53,640 nucleotides of DNA from Candidatus Hadarchaeum sp. (GCF_049969415.1 NZ_JBMFOX010000005.1:1-53640); one strand, 5' to 3'. Shown: positions 1-9,971, counted from the stretch's first letter. Translations and numbers: made by a program. Notes: generated by a model not told the origin, from the letters alone.

Positions 1-79
1 AATCGCGGTGGCTTCTTGAACCAAGCTCAAGGACCTCATCTGTGTATTCAGCTGGATAAATCACCTTATCCCCATACGG

Positions 80-190
80 CTATTGCGGCCACTGCGGTTC
101 CGATAACCTCATAACTAAAATCAAAGCAATGGTCACGAAAACTATGGATATCGCAATCTTCGCCTTTTTGCCCATCCTTTCTACCTTCAT
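80..190 (-). CDS. Short membrane-anchored ORF (36 aa), or the 5' part of a gene interrupted by TAG that continues past the window edge
   Basis: Hand translation: MKVERMGKKAKIAISIVFVTIALILVMRLSEPQWPQ*. Basic N-terminus plus hydrophobic helix; the frame stays open after the TAG to position 1. Confidence 0.35.
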   Translation of the reverse strand: MKVERMGKKAKIAISIVFVTIALILVMRLSEPQWPQ

Positions 191-282
191 CCCTTCTCTT
201 TCCGGTTCACTCACTGAACTTTAGCAATTTTGGCTTTTTAAAACCTTCGAAGAGCGTTCTTACACTTCTCATCCTTTTCGGC

Positions 283-495
283 ATGGAGTACGTCATAGAG
301 ATCACCGAGGAGGACCCGGAGAACGCGGACTTCATGCAGCTGGTCGGTGTCGCACCGAGGATGGGCGTGGCCATGGACATACTCGCGGCCAGTCCCTCGG
401 CCTCCGAAAAGATCTACGAGCTCGTCGGACACGTTTATGAGGACGGGAACGGGGAGGTCGCGCTTCTCGGGTTGATTGGTTCAAGAAAAAAGTGA
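283..495 (+). CDS. Small acidic hypothetical protein (70 aa)
   Basis: ATG-started ORF with host-like codon usage, AT-rich promoter-like stretch at ~235-243, ends just before the convergent TrmB gene. Confidence 0.5.
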   Translation: MEYVIEITEEDPENADFMQLVGVAPRMGVAMDILAASPSASEKIYELVGHVYEDGNGEVALLGLIGSRKK

Positions 496-505
496 GGGGG
501 ATATT

Positions 506-1240
506 CTAAGCAACGCGGGAATCCCTCCACAGATATTCAAAGTATTCCTTGGCGAACCGGGCCAGGCCGATTTCATCCGACCATATCCCGAGAAGTTCGT
601 CCCCGTTCCCAAGGATGAGCAGCACCTCCCGTCCATCGATGACGACACCACCACCGAAGAGGTTTTCCCTTTTTCTGATTTCTAGCTTTCGCGGCAGCTG
701 CAACCCGCGCAGCTTCAGCCTTCGAGGGACCAGAATCCTGACGGGGATATTTTTCGCCTCTAAGAGGTCAAGGTAGGGGGTTAGTCCTGAGATCTCCAGG
801 GGAATGTTCGGTAGCGAGAGCAGGACCTCGATTTCGGCGCGGGCGAGCATCTCTCCAGTTTTGGTGAGGATGTTTTTTCCACCACGGATTACCCAGACAT
901 CGGGCCTCTTCACCTCGGCCCTCTTGGAGTAAAGCGGTTCAAGCTCTTTCAGCAGAGCTTCGCTGATCTCCTTGAGCCTCCTCTCCTCTTCGGCCTTTAC
1001 GATCTTTACCACCTCGGCCGGGTCCCTTGATCGATATCGACTGGGCCTACCCGCCTGAGCTTCCACCCAACCCCGCTCCCCAAGCCGGGACAAAATGTCA
1101 TAGATTCTCGAGTAGGGCACGTTCGCCAGTTTGCTCAATTCTCCAGCGGTTGACGGGCCGTTTGATACCAGGGCGCAGTAGACCCGGGCCTCGTATTCAG
1201 TCAGTCCCAGCTCGCGCAAGAGTTGGTGGGCTTTTTCCAT
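506..1240 (-). CDS. TrmB-family transcriptional regulator
   Basis: LRELGLTEYEARVY...GELSKLANVPYSRIYDILSRL winged HTH and a C-terminal TrmB effector domain; start placed at MEKAH (1240). Confidence 0.92.
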   Translation of the reverse strand: MEKAHQLLRELGLTEYEARVYCALVSNGPSTAGELSKLANVPYSRIYDILSRLGERGWVEAQAGRPSRYRSRDPAEVVKIVKAEEERRLKEISEALLKELEPLYSKRAEVKRPDVWVIRGGKNILTKTGEMLARAEIEVLLSLPNIPLEISGLTPYLDLLEAKNIPVRILVPRRLKLRGLQLPRKLEIRKRENLFGGGVVIDGREVLLILGNGDELLGIWSDEIGLARFAKEYFEYLWRDSRVA

Positions 1241-1246
1241 AGCACC

Positions 1247-1267
1247 ACTTTTCATATTGGGAAAAGT
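1247..1267. promoter_or_regulatory. Palindromic operator candidate between trmB and tes
   Basis: ACTTTTC-N7-GAAAAGT perfect inverted repeat in the short divergent intergenic region. Confidence 0.5.
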
Positions 1268-1313
1268 TCGGCAAGGCTTAAAAGTTACCCCTTTCAGTGG
1301 TAAAATGATGACC

Positions 1314-2909
1314 ATGAAGGAGTTGGCTAGGACCAGTTCCGTCTGCCCGCAGTGCCTTAAGATCCTTCCCGCGGAGGTCTTTGAAAGGGACGGTAAGGTC
1401 TGGATCAGGAAGGAATGTCCCGAGCACGGGTTTTTCGAGGACCTCTACTTCAGTTCTTATGATTGGTATCTGCGCGCGCAGAATTTCGCTCGCGATGGCA
1501 GAGGGGTGCTGAATCCTCAGGTGACCAAGGAGGCCCCGGTCTGCCCGACGGACTGCGGTTTGTGCCGGATGCACAAGAGCCACACCGCGCTGGCGAACAT
1601 TGTGCTCACCAACCGTTGTGATCTTTCCTGCTGGTACTGCTTTTTTTATTCGGGCCGTGTGGGCTATGTCTATGAGCCCACTTTCGAGGAAATAGAGGAA
1701 ATGGTCAAAACTCTAAAGTCGGAGCAGCCGGTGGGATGCAATGCGGTCCAGCTCACCGGCGGCGAGCCCTGCCTCCGTAAAGATTTGATAGATATAATAA
1801 AGATGGTCAAGTCGCACGGGGTGGACCACGTCCAGCTGAACACAAACGGTATCAGGCTGGCGCAGGACCCCACCCTTGTTGAGAAGGTTCGTGCGGCCGG
1901 TGTCAACACCCTTTATCTAAGCTTCGACGGGGTTACTGAGAAGACCAACCCTAAGAACCACTGGGAGGCCCCTCAGCTTATCGAGAACTGCAGGAAGGCG
2001 GGCTTGGGTATCGTCTTGGTGCCCACAGTGATTAAATCGGCAAATGACCATGAGGTTGGAGACATCCTGAAGTTCGGGTTCAAGAACATCGACATCATCC
2101 GCAGCGTGAATTATCAACCCGTCTCCCTCGTGGGCAAGATGCCACGCGAGGAGCGCGAGCGCTATCGCATCACAATTCCGGACGTGATAAAGAACCTTGA
2201 GGAACAGACGGACGGAATTCTCAAGATGGACGATTTTTTCCCCGTCCCGACCGAGTTGATAATCAGCGATTTTGTGGAGGCCTTGACCAAAAAACCGATG
2301 TACCAGATGAGCAGTCATTTTGCCTGCGGTGCCGCCACCTATGTTTTCAACGACAACGGGAAGATGCTGCCGCTGACCCATTTCATCGATGTCCAAGGTC
2401 TGCTTGAATACCTATCTGAGAAGGCGAATGAGCTCCGCGCTGGAAAGAGCAAGCTTTTAGTCGGGGCCAAGTTGCTTTACAGCATTGGCAAGTTTGTAGA
2501 TAAAAAGAAGAAGCCGCGAGGCCTTGACATTGACCGGATAATCTTCAACGCGTTGATAAAGCACGAGTACAACGCGATAGGCCAGTTCCACATGAAGTCC
2601 CTTTTCATTGGGATGATGCACTTCATGGATCTCTACAATTACGACATCGAGCGGGTCAAGAGGTGTTGTATCCATTACGCCATGAGCGACAACCGGATTA
2701 TACCCTTCTGCGCCTTCAACGTCATCCCTGAGTGGTACCGAGATAAGAGCCAGGCGGCGCAGGGCATCTCATTTGAGGAGTGGGAGAAAAAGACGGGGAG
2801 GGCGCTGAAACAGGACCTTTACAAGCGCGATATGGAAAAGTGGAAAGCGTCTGAGGCTTACAAAAATTTTGTCCGACAGGTGGAGGAGATAAAGTCGGGC
2901 AAGCTTTGA
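1314..2909 (+). CDS. tes: Tetraether lipid synthase (Tes / GDGT-macrocyclic archaeol synthase, MJ0619 family radical SAM)
   Basis: N-terminal CPQC...CPEHG rubredoxin-like site, CPTDCGLCxxH, radical-SAM CDLSCWYC, C-terminal CCIHY...PFCAFN. Start may be 1305, 1308 or 1314. Confidence 0.88.
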   Translation: MKELARTSSVCPQCLKILPAEVFERDGKVWIRKECPEHGFFEDLYFSSYDWYLRAQNFARDGRGVLNPQVTKEAPVCPTDCGLCRMHKSHTALANIVLTNRCDLSCWYCFFYSGRVGYVYEPTFEEIEEMVKTLKSEQPVGCNAVQLTGGEPCLRKDLIDIIKMVKSHGVDHVQLNTNGIRLAQDPTLVEKVRAAGVNTLYLSFDGVTEKTNPKNHWEAPQLIENCRKAGLGIVLVPTVIKSANDHEVGDILKFGFKNIDIIRSVNYQPVSLVGKMPREERERYRITIPDVIKNLEEQTDGILKMDDFFPVPTELIISDFVEALTKKPMYQMSSHFACGAATYVFNDNGKMLPLTHFIDVQGLLEYLSEKANELRAGKSKLLVGAKLLYSIGKFVDKKKKPRGLDIDRIIFNALIKHEYNAIGQFHMKSLFIGMMHFMDLYNYDIERVKRCCIHYAMSDNRIIPFCAFNVIPEWYRDKSQAAQGISFEEWEKKTGRALKQDLYKRDMEKWKASEAYKNFVRQVEEIKSGKL

Positions 2910-3042
2910 AGGCGCGGTTCGGACAAAACCTTTGCCTAAAAATTTTAACCCGCCGCTAGCTCGTTTTCACCTCCTCAGCTAACAACCGATGTAAAATCTT
3001 AAGATGCAACCGACCAAATTAGAACATCTCGGTGGTCAGATT

Positions 3043-3900
3043 ATGGACGTACTCTCTATTGCTTTGGCAGTATTAACGGCACTGTTTTGGTCCCTGAGCC
3101 AGATAATGGGTAAAGTTCTGATGAAGGAGATGAATCCCACTTATTATAGCACTTTACGCCTGGTAATTGCGGTAATCGTCTTCACCCCACTGGTGTTAAT
3201 CAACGGCCTGAGGATAACTGCGGATTCCCTGCCAATAGTGGCGTTGGACGGTGTTCTCGGCATGGCGTTGGGAATACTCATTTACTTCTACTGCATGAAG
3301 AGGGCTCCCGCGCACAAAATCATTCCAGTTGGGAACTCGTATCCAATTTGGGCCATGGTCTTAGCGCTGGTCTTGCTGAGGGAACCTTTTTCGATTGTTT
3401 TGCCAATTTCTATCGCTCTGATTATGGCGGGAGTTCTTTTACTGGTCCAGCGGAAAAAAGAAAGGAGATCCAACGGTTGGTGGCTGGCTGTTCCGTTGAC
3501 AACGCTTGTTGCTGCGCTCTACGGTCTGGACCTCGTTTTGAGAAAAATGGCAGTGAACCTGAGAACGGACGTTACCAGCTTTGTTTGGGTCTCGTTAGTT
3601 GTCGCGGCCTCGGTGTTAGTTTTAGCCACCTTATTCACGCGCTCTTGGTCAGGACAAAATCTGGGCCGAAAGAACCTATCGCTTGTCTTTTTCTCCAGCC
3701 TATTTGGCCACATCTTGGGGACCATTGTCTTCATGTGGGCGCTGGAGTCGGAATCCTTGACATCGTTGGCACCTTTTGTCTCGTTGAGCATACCCTTTGG
3801 TTTCATTTTCAGCGTTTTATTTATTGAGGAGAAGCCGAGCCTAAAATCGGTGTTCGGAATGGCCTTAGTGTTTCTTAGCGTGGTCCTAGTCGCCCTCTGA
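3043..3900 (+). CDS. DMT/EamA-family transporter
   Basis: About 10 hydrophobic helices in two EamA-like halves (LLREP, FIEEKP motifs); GGTGGT RBS before ATG 3043. Confidence 0.88.
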   Translation: MDVLSIALAVLTALFWSLSQIMGKVLMKEMNPTYYSTLRLVIAVIVFTPLVLINGLRITADSLPIVALDGVLGMALGILIYFYCMKRAPAHKIIPVGNSYPIWAMVLALVLLREPFSIVLPISIALIMAGVLLLVQRKKERRSNGWWLAVPLTTLVAALYGLDLVLRKMAVNLRTDVTSFVWVSLVVAASVLVLATLFTRSWSGQNLGRKNLSLVFFSSLFGHILGTIVFMWALESESLTSLAPFVSLSIPFGFIFSVLFIEEKPSLKSVFGMALVFLSVVLVAL

Positions 3901-4128
3901 AGTCGAGATTTCACCGCAGATGGTATTGAAAACTATCTGGAGGGAACGTGAGACTGAAGAGAGGAGCAGAAAGATTGGTTGGAAAATCTTGGTCGAGATT
4001 TGCGGGTGATTAAGGCATTAAAATGAGATGCTATTGAAAGGCATCGATTTTTAAAAGGGCAAGGTTTTTATATTCTAAAATTTTCTCATTATAGTAGCGT
4101 AATTGGATAAATTGATGGGGGGGATTTT

Positions 4129-5778
4129 ATGGCGAGTCAGTTAGGAGGACAACCAATACTCATTCTGCCGGAAAAAGTTCAGCGCTACCTGGGCCGAGAC
4201 GCCCAGCGGATGAACATAATGGCCGCGAGGGTCATCGCGGAGTCGGTCCGCACGACCTTGGGCCCGCGCGGAATGGACAAGATGTTGGTTGACAATTTGG
4301 GTGACATCACCATAACTAACGACGGTGTCACCATTCTCGAGGAAATGGACGTTGAGCACCCGGCCGCCAAGATGATGGTGGAGGTCTCCAAGGCGCAGGA
4401 GGACGAGGTCGGGGATGGCACCACGACGGCGGTGGTGTTGGCCGGGGAGCTGCTGAAGAAGTCGGAGGAGCTGCTGGAGCAGGACATCCATCCGACGGTT
4501 ATCGTCAGCGGCTACAGGCTAGCGGCTGAGCAGGCCCAGAGGGTACTGGAGAAGATGGCGACTCCGGTTTCCAAGGACGACGACAAGCTCCTCAAGCAGA
4601 TCGCCAAGACGTCAATGAGCAGCAAGGGCTCGGAGATACACGGAGATAAACTCGCCGAGCTCTGCGTTAAAGCCGTCAAGCAGATAGTTGAGGAAGTCGA
4701 CGGTAAAATCGAGGCCGATATCGACAACATCAAGGTGGAGAAGAAAACCGGAGGCAGCTCTGCGGATACCCAGCTGATCAGAGGGATAGTCCTCGACAAA
4801 GAGGTGGTTCACCCCGGGATGCCAAAGAGGGTGGAAAATGCGAAGATCGCTCTTCTGAACCTCGCCCTCGAAGTCAAGAAGACGGAGACGGATGCCAAGA
4901 TCAACATCACCGATCCGGAGCAACTCAAGAAGTTCATCGACGAGGAGCAGCGCATGCTGAAGGAGATGGTTGACCAGATAAAGAGCGTTGGTGCCAACGT
5001 TGTCTTCTGCCAGAAGGGCATTGACGATGTAGCCCAGCACTACTTGGCGAAGGCCGGTATCTTGGCGGCTCGAAGGGTGAAGGAGTCGGACATGGAGAAG
5101 CTGGCCCGCGCCACCGGAGGCAACTGCGTGACCAACATCAAGGACCTTTCACCTAAGGATCTGGGCGCTGCCGAGCTGGTGGAGGAGCGAAAGATCGCTG
5201 GCGATGAGATGATTTTCGTCGAGGGCTGCAAAGACCCCAGGTCCGTAAGCATCTTGGTCCGGGGTGGCACCGAGCACGTCGTCGATGAGGTCGAACGCGC
5301 GGTGCACGACGCGATTTCAGTGGTCTCAGCGGCCATCGAGGACGGCAAGATAGTCGCCGGCGGTGGGGCCCCTGAGATAGAGGTGGCCAAAGGGCTCAGG
5401 GAGTATTCCGACTCCGTTGGCGGTCGCGAGGCCCTCGCCGTTAATGCCTTCGCCGACGCCATTGAGGTGATACCGAGGACGCTGGCTGAAAATGCAGGCA
5501 TGGATCCCATCGATATCTTAGTGCAGTTAAGGGCGGCTCATGAAAAGAACGGCGGAAAGAACGTGGGCGTGGATGTCATCAGCGGTAAAGTCTTGAACAC
5601 CTTAGAGAAGGGTATCGTGGAGCCGCTGAGGGTCAAGGTCCAAGCGATAAAATCTGCAACCGAAGTCACCGAGATGATTCTCAGAATAGACGACGTTATT
5701 GCTGCCGGAAAGCTGGAGAAGGAAGAGGGGAAAGAAAAGGGAGCAGGCCCTGAGATGGGTGGCATGCCGGAGATGTAG
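4129..5778 (+). CDS. thsA: Thermosome subunit (group II chaperonin)
   Basis: [19 protein letters not shown] and GDGTTT motifs, GGM-type C-terminal tail. Confidence 0.97.
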   Translation: MASQLGGQPILILPEKVQRYLGRDAQRMNIMAARVIAESVRTTLGPRGMDKMLVDNLGDITITNDGVTILEEMDVEHPAAKMMVEVSKAQEDEVGDGTTTAVVLAGELLKKSEELLEQDIHPTVIVSGYRLAAEQAQRVLEKMATPVSKDDDKLLKQIAKTSMSSKGSEIHGDKLAELCVKAVKQIVEEVDGKIEADIDNIKVEKKTGGSSADTQLIRGIVLDKEVVHPGMPKRVENAKIALLNLALEVKKTETDAKINITDPEQLKKFIDEEQRMLKEMVDQIKSVGANVVFCQKGIDDVAQHYLAKAGILAARRVKESDMEKLARATGGNCVTNIKDLSPKDLGAAELVEERKIAGDEMIFVEGCKDPRSVSILVRGGTEHVVDEVERAVHDAISVVSAAIEDGKIVAGGGAPEIEVAKGLREYSDSVGGREALAVNAFADAIEVIPRTLAENAGMDPIDILVQLRAAHEKNGGKNVGVDVISGKVLNTLEKGIVEPLRVKVQAIKSATEVTEMILRIDDVIAAGKLEKEEGKEKGAGPEMGGMPEM

Positions 5779-5789
5779 GGGGCCCTCCC

Positions 5790-5993
5790 ATTCTCTACAA
5801 AAAACACACTCGCTTTGAAAAGGCCCGCATTATTGGCGCTAGGGCGCTCCAGATTCAGATGGGAGCTCCGGTCTTAGTTGAACTGCCGGAGAACTTGTCC
5901 GATCCCATCGAAATCGCCATGTACGAGTACGAAAGGGACGCAATTCCGATCACGGTGGTGAGAAGGCTTCCCGGGGAAAACAGAGCGGCGTAG
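5790..5993 (+). CDS. rpoK: DNA-directed RNA polymerase subunit K (Rpo6); absent from the ORF track, non-canonical start
   Basis: Hand translation: (I)[66 protein letters not shown]. The T-R-F-E[12 protein letters not shown] signature is diagnostic. Confidence 0.93.
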   Translation: MLYKKHTRFEKARIIGARALQIQMGAPVLVELPENLSDPIEIAMYEYERDAIPITVVRRLPGENRAA

Positions 5994-6073
5994 TTTTCGA
6001 TTGACAACATTTTATAATATTTTTTTACCTGTTCTATTTTAAGTATCCAGCGTGAACTTTAGTTGGTGCCAAG

Positions 6074-7102
6074 ATGGGCGTACAGCTAGGCGACCTAGTT
6101 TCCAAGGAAAGGGTTGAGCTGGAGAGCCTGAGGGGCAGAATAGTCGCCATAGATGCCTTGAACTTCCTTTATCAGTTTCTCTCGATAATCAGGCAGCGGG
6201 ATGGCGAGCTGTTGCGGGACTCCAGGGGCCGCATAACCTCGCACCTCTCCGGAATCTTCTACAGAACGGCCAATTTCATTGAGGTAGGGATCCGGCCGAT
6301 CTATGTATTTGACGGAAAGCCCCCCGCCCTGAAGCGGTTGACGGTCGAGCAGCGCCAGATGGTAAGGGTGGAGGCGGAGAGAGAGTGGAAAAAAGCGCTC
6401 GAGGAGGGAAGGACACAGGACGCCCGTAAGTTCGCCCAGAGGGCGGGTCGCTTGGACGCCGCGATGATAAAGCAGACCCAAGAACTTTTGAGCCGCATGG
6501 GGGTACCCTGGGTACAGGCTCCGGGCGAGGGCGAGGCCCAGGCGGCGCTCATGGTCCAGCGTGGAGATGCTTGGGCGGCGGCGAGCCAGGACTTTGATAG
6601 CCTGCTCTTCGGGGCACCTCGGCTTGTTCGGAACCTAGCCATAACTGGGAGAAGAAAGCTTCCCGGAAAGGACGCTTTCACCGAGGTCTATCCCGAGATC
6701 ATCGAGCTGGGAAGGGTCTTGGCGGAGCTGGGGATAACCCGCGAGCAGCTGGTCGACATCGGAATTTTGGTAGGGACGGATTACAACGAGGGCATCAAGG
6801 GCATAGGACCGAAGAAGGCGCTGGAGCTGGTTAAGAAATACGGGTCGATGGCAGAGATCGTCAAGACGGAACTGGGTAAAAAGTTTGAGGTCGACCCGCT
6901 CGAGGTCCGGGAAATTTTCCTGCGGCCGGAGGTCACCACCGACTATCGTCTGGTCTGGGGTGATCCAGATCCCGAGGCCATCAAAAAGTTCCTCTGCGAT
7001 GAGTTCGATTTTTCTGAGGAGAGGGTGCTGTCGGGCATAGATAAGCTGACCCGCGGTAAATTGGAGCGGGGACAGGCTAGATTGGAGCAGTGGTTCGGCT
7101 AA
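6074..7102 (+). CDS. fen: Flap endonuclease 1
   Basis: MGV start, AIDALN, VFDG, EGEAQAA, SQDFDSLLFG, GTDYN, C-terminal PIP box QARLEQWF. Confidence 0.97.
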   Translation: MGVQLGDLVSKERVELESLRGRIVAIDALNFLYQFLSIIRQRDGELLRDSRGRITSHLSGIFYRTANFIEVGIRPIYVFDGKPPALKRLTVEQRQMVRVEAEREWKKALEEGRTQDARKFAQRAGRLDAAMIKQTQELLSRMGVPWVQAPGEGEAQAALMVQRGDAWAAASQDFDSLLFGAPRLVRNLAITGRRKLPGKDAFTEVYPEIIELGRVLAELGITREQLVDIGILVGTDYNEGIKGIGPKKALELVKKYGSMAEIVKTELGKKFEVDPLEVREIFLRPEVTTDYRLVWGDPDPEAIKKFLCDEFDFSEERVLSGIDKLTRGKLERGQARLEQWFG

Positions 7103-7752
7103 TCCTCCAGCTTCCAGCCGCACCTTCCGATGAGGGGCACAAAGGAACAGCCGCCGTGTTCGGTGATGGAGATTTCCCCCGTTTCGGTCTTTTCCACAAC
7201 GGTCCAAGTCTGGAACATATAGTCCCGGCCAACTGGAGCGCCCAGTTTGCCCCCCGGCTTGAGCTGTTTGACCAGCGGGCGCGGTAGCTCGGGGGCGCAG
7301 GCGGTCACCAGAATCCGATCCCACGGGGCGTCTTCCTCGTAGCCAAGCGAGCCATCACCGACCACCACCTTCACCCAATCATATCCCGTTTTTCTCAGGT
7401 TTTCCCGGGCAAAATCAGCGAGCTCCTTAATCCTTTCCACACTGACCACAAGGCCCTTTCTTCCCACCACCTCGGCGATGAGGGCAGCGTTGTATCCCGA
7501 ACCAGCGCCGATTTCAAGCACGCGCATACCCGGGGCCAGATCGAGCGTTTCCATCATTATCGCTATCATGCTGGGTGCGGAAATGGTCTGGCCTCTTCCG
7601 ATGGGCAGTGGCTGGTCGTGGTAGGCGTAGCTTCTTTCACCGCTCGGCACGAACTCATGCCGTGGAACTTTTCTGAAGGCCGCAATCAAGGCCGGGTTCT
7701 TCAGATAGCCCCATTTAATCAGCCGTTCGACTAATTCCTCTCGCTCCATCAT
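7099..7752 (-). CDS. pcm: Protein-L-isoaspartate O-methyltransferase
   Basis: VPRHEFVP, GQTISAP, VLEIGAGSGY, GDGSLG, FVPLIG. Confidence 0.95.
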   Translation of the reverse strand: MMEREELVERLIKWGYLKNPALIAAFRKVPRHEFVPSGERSYAYHDQPLPIGRGQTISAPSMIAIMMETLDLAPGMRVLEIGAGSGYNAALIAEVVGRKGLVVSVERIKELADFARENLRKTGYDWVKVVVGDGSLGYEEDAPWDRILVTACAPELPRPLVKQLKPGGKLGAPVGRDYMFQTWTVVEKTETGEISITEHGGCSFVPLIGRCGWKLED

Positions 7753-7796
7753 CCAAAGTAATATTTTTCTGATACCTTAAATGAGGTCGTGGTCGA

Positions 7797-8222
7797 ATGA
7801 GATGGGTCATCAGGGCAAGGGGACATCCGATGGTGTCGGCGAAACACCGGACGACCTTCATGATTACCAAAGAGAAAGATCTGGGTCCGAAGGGTGACTG
7901 CGTTATTGGGGTAGGAGCGGAGAAGTCAGCCGCGGAGCTGGACCTAGAGCTGAAAAGGTTGGCAGCGCTGGCGGTTCCGATTGTTATCCGGCTCAGGGCC
8001 GGTGGTTTTGTGGACGAGGTCAGGGCCTGGGGGCATCCGTCTTTGACCCTCAACCACCCCACCGATATCGTGGTGAGGAAAAGTCGGTTCATCTGCGGGC
8101 GGACTTTGGCGGTCGGGGCCGACAAGGCAGCAGCGGATCTTTCCCGAGAACTGGTTGCAGCGCTTCGGAAACCAACCACCCGTCTTGAGATGGAGGTAAT
8201 TTTTGGTGTCAACCGGGAGTAA
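7797..8222 (+). CDS. DUF371-family protein
   Basis: ARGHPMVSAKHRTTFMITKE, GDCVIGV, VVRKSRF, ADKAAADLSRELV. Confidence 0.88.
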   Translation: MRWVIRARGHPMVSAKHRTTFMITKEKDLGPKGDCVIGVGAEKSAAELDLELKRLAALAVPIVIRLRAGGFVDEVRAWGHPSLTLNHPTDIVVRKSRFICGRTLAVGADKAAADLSRELVAALRKPTTRLEMEVIFGVNRE

Positions 8223-8300
8223 TTTTTCGTTTTACCGGATGATGGTGTCAGTAAGCAATATTTAAGCCGTTTCAATTCGTTTTGTTGAAGTGTGAATTTG

Positions 8301-9350
8301 ATGGAAAAAAGGCTTGCTTTTTTCAACAGAAGGTCAATCCTCATCTTCATTCTCCTGTGTTTGATGGTTGTGGCAGCGGCCTTTCTGATTCTCCGGGAAG
8401 ACTTAAGCTCGATGCTGTTGGCGCTGTACCAGGCCAGCCCTTCTTACCTTTTGCTGGCGGTTCTTGCTTATCTCTCCGGTTTGCTGTTTTGGTCGTTAAG
8501 GTGGCGGGTGACCCTTTCTGCTTCAGGGCATCCCATTCCGGTAGGGAGTATCTACGTCGTCATATTGGGGGGGATTTTCATAAACAACATAACTCCATTT
8601 ACCTATGCGGGCGGGGACCCTATCGCAAGGGCCTACATCCTCAAAAAAACCCAAAACGTGCCCTACTCGAGCGGTTTCGCCACCATCCTTTCCGAATACA
8701 TCATGGATCTGCCGGTGTACATTTCCCTGTTAATCTTTGGGCTTTTAATTTCACTTAAACAATTTGAACTTTGGTACGGGGTTTTTGTTTTTCTGATATG
8801 GTTGTCCTTTTTAATTGGCTGGAGCGTTTTTTTCTTCCACGTGTTGTCCAGCGGTACGGGGGCCAAGAGAATAGCCAGGATAACGTCCAAACTGGCCAAA
8901 ATCTTCCACCGCAAAGTAAAGGAGGCCGGCTTGGAGCGCAGCATTAGGCGGTTTTATCGAAGCTCGGAGCGGATTATAAGAAATAGAAAGACGATTACAA
9001 TAATCACCATCCTTACGGTAACGATTATAGCTTTGGCCATTACCCGACAGTACCTCATCTTTCAGGCCTTTGGCTACACACCAACCCTTCCGATGCTTTT
9101 CTTTGCCCTGACCTTGCCGGCGCTGGTGGGGATGATTCCGGCGCTTCCCGGAGGCCTTGGCACAGTCGATGCCACGATTTTGTCCGTTTTTCTGCTGTTC
9201 GGCGTGCCGCTTCAAATAGCGGTCAGCGTCACCTTAATCGAGAGGGCGATAACGCTGGTTTTCAGCACTTTGATTGGTGCCGGCGCAATTTCCTACCTTG
9301 GGATAAGGCAGGGCAACGCTAGAACACTAGGAGCAAAAAGGCGACGATGA
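8301..9350 (+). CDS. UPF0104 / lysylphosphatidylglycerol-synthase TM-domain protein (flippase-like)
   Basis: SLRW, FINNITPFTYAGGDPIARAY and PGGLGTVD motifs; multiple TM helices. Confidence 0.88.
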   Translation: MEKRLAFFNRRSILIFILLCLMVVAAAFLILREDLSSMLLALYQASPSYLLLAVLAYLSGLLFWSLRWRVTLSASGHPIPVGSIYVVILGGIFINNITPFTYAGGDPIARAYILKKTQNVPYSSGFATILSEYIMDLPVYISLLIFGLLISLKQFELWYGVFVFLIWLSFLIGWSVFFFHVLSSGTGAKRIARITSKLAKIFHRKVKEAGLERSIRRFYRSSERIIRNRKTITIITILTVTIIALAITRQYLIFQAFGYTPTLPMLFFALTLPALVGMIPALPGGLGTVDATILSVFLLFGVPLQIAVSVTLIERAITLVFSTLIGAGAISYLGIRQGNARTLGAKRRR

Positions 9351-9786
9351 AGAGTCCGCCCTCGAGGGCCAGCACTTTTTTGTCAGTCAGATAGGTCCAG
9401 AAATCATAAGGTAGCACCCTGATTCCGTAGAACTTTTTGCTCAGCGGATAGAGGAGGCGCCTCCCCTTCTCGTCGAACGATTCGGTCAGGACGTGAATTA
9501 TTCCACCCAAGGAAAAGGACATGGCGATGTTCCAGCTGTCGTTCCAGCCGATGGCGCTTAGCCCTAGGCAGAGGAACGGCAATATTATCACGTAAAGGAA
9601 AATGGTGTGCAGGATGGTGGAGGCGTGGGTCTCATCAATGGGGTTTTTAGGAGTTTTTTTCCTCAAAAGCGTCGGGAAGACATCAAAGTTGGGAAAACCG
9701 CTCCCGATGAGTAAGGCCACCAAGTTGATGTTTCCTGGGAAAAGACCGTAGATTATCAGCGGAATGGAGACGTGTCCTATTAGCGT
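9319..9786 (-). CDS. YdjM/DUF457-like membrane metal-dependent hydrolase (start uncertain, non-canonical)
   Basis: GH near the N-terminus, GSxFPNFD, H-x5-H-T, HVLTESFDEKGRRLLYPL. The upstream part of the listed ORF (9787-9951) is shadowed by the 63-aa gene. Confidence 0.7.
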   Translation of the reverse strand, partial: TLIGHVSIPLIIYGLFPGNINLVALLIGSGFPNFDVFPTLLRKKTPKNPIDETHASTILHTIFLYVIILPFLCLGLSAIGWNDSWNIAMSFSLGGIIHVLTESFDEKGRRLLYPLSKKFYGIRVLPYDFWTYLTDKKVLALEGGLFIVAFLLLVF

Positions 9787-9971
9787 TTTCTCAACTCCTT
9801 GGCCATCTTGACCATGGCTATAATGAACGGCGGTAGGAAGGGGGCGATTACCACCAGCGTGTAAATACCTATCTCCCGTATGACCAGCGCCAGCAGCGTC
9901 AGCCCCATGAAGATCCAGATGGCGACGTATGCCGCATTTTGGCGCATCCATTCCTTTAGCTTTACCCGCAT
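9780..9971 (-). CDS. Small two-TM membrane protein (63 aa)
   Basis: ATG start, two hydrophobic segments with basic termini, stop abuts the hydrolase. Confidence 0.65.
   Translation of the reverse strand: MRVKLKEWMRQNAAYVAIWIFMGLTLLALVIREIGIYTLVVIAPFLPPFIIAMVKMAKELRKR

Noticed and set aside
3902-4040. GTCGAGATTT twice and AGATG(G/C)TATTGAAA twice, with CRISPR-like ATTGAAA ends
   Set aside because: Spacing is irregular, no full repeat unit recurs and there are no cas genes; at most a degenerate local duplication.
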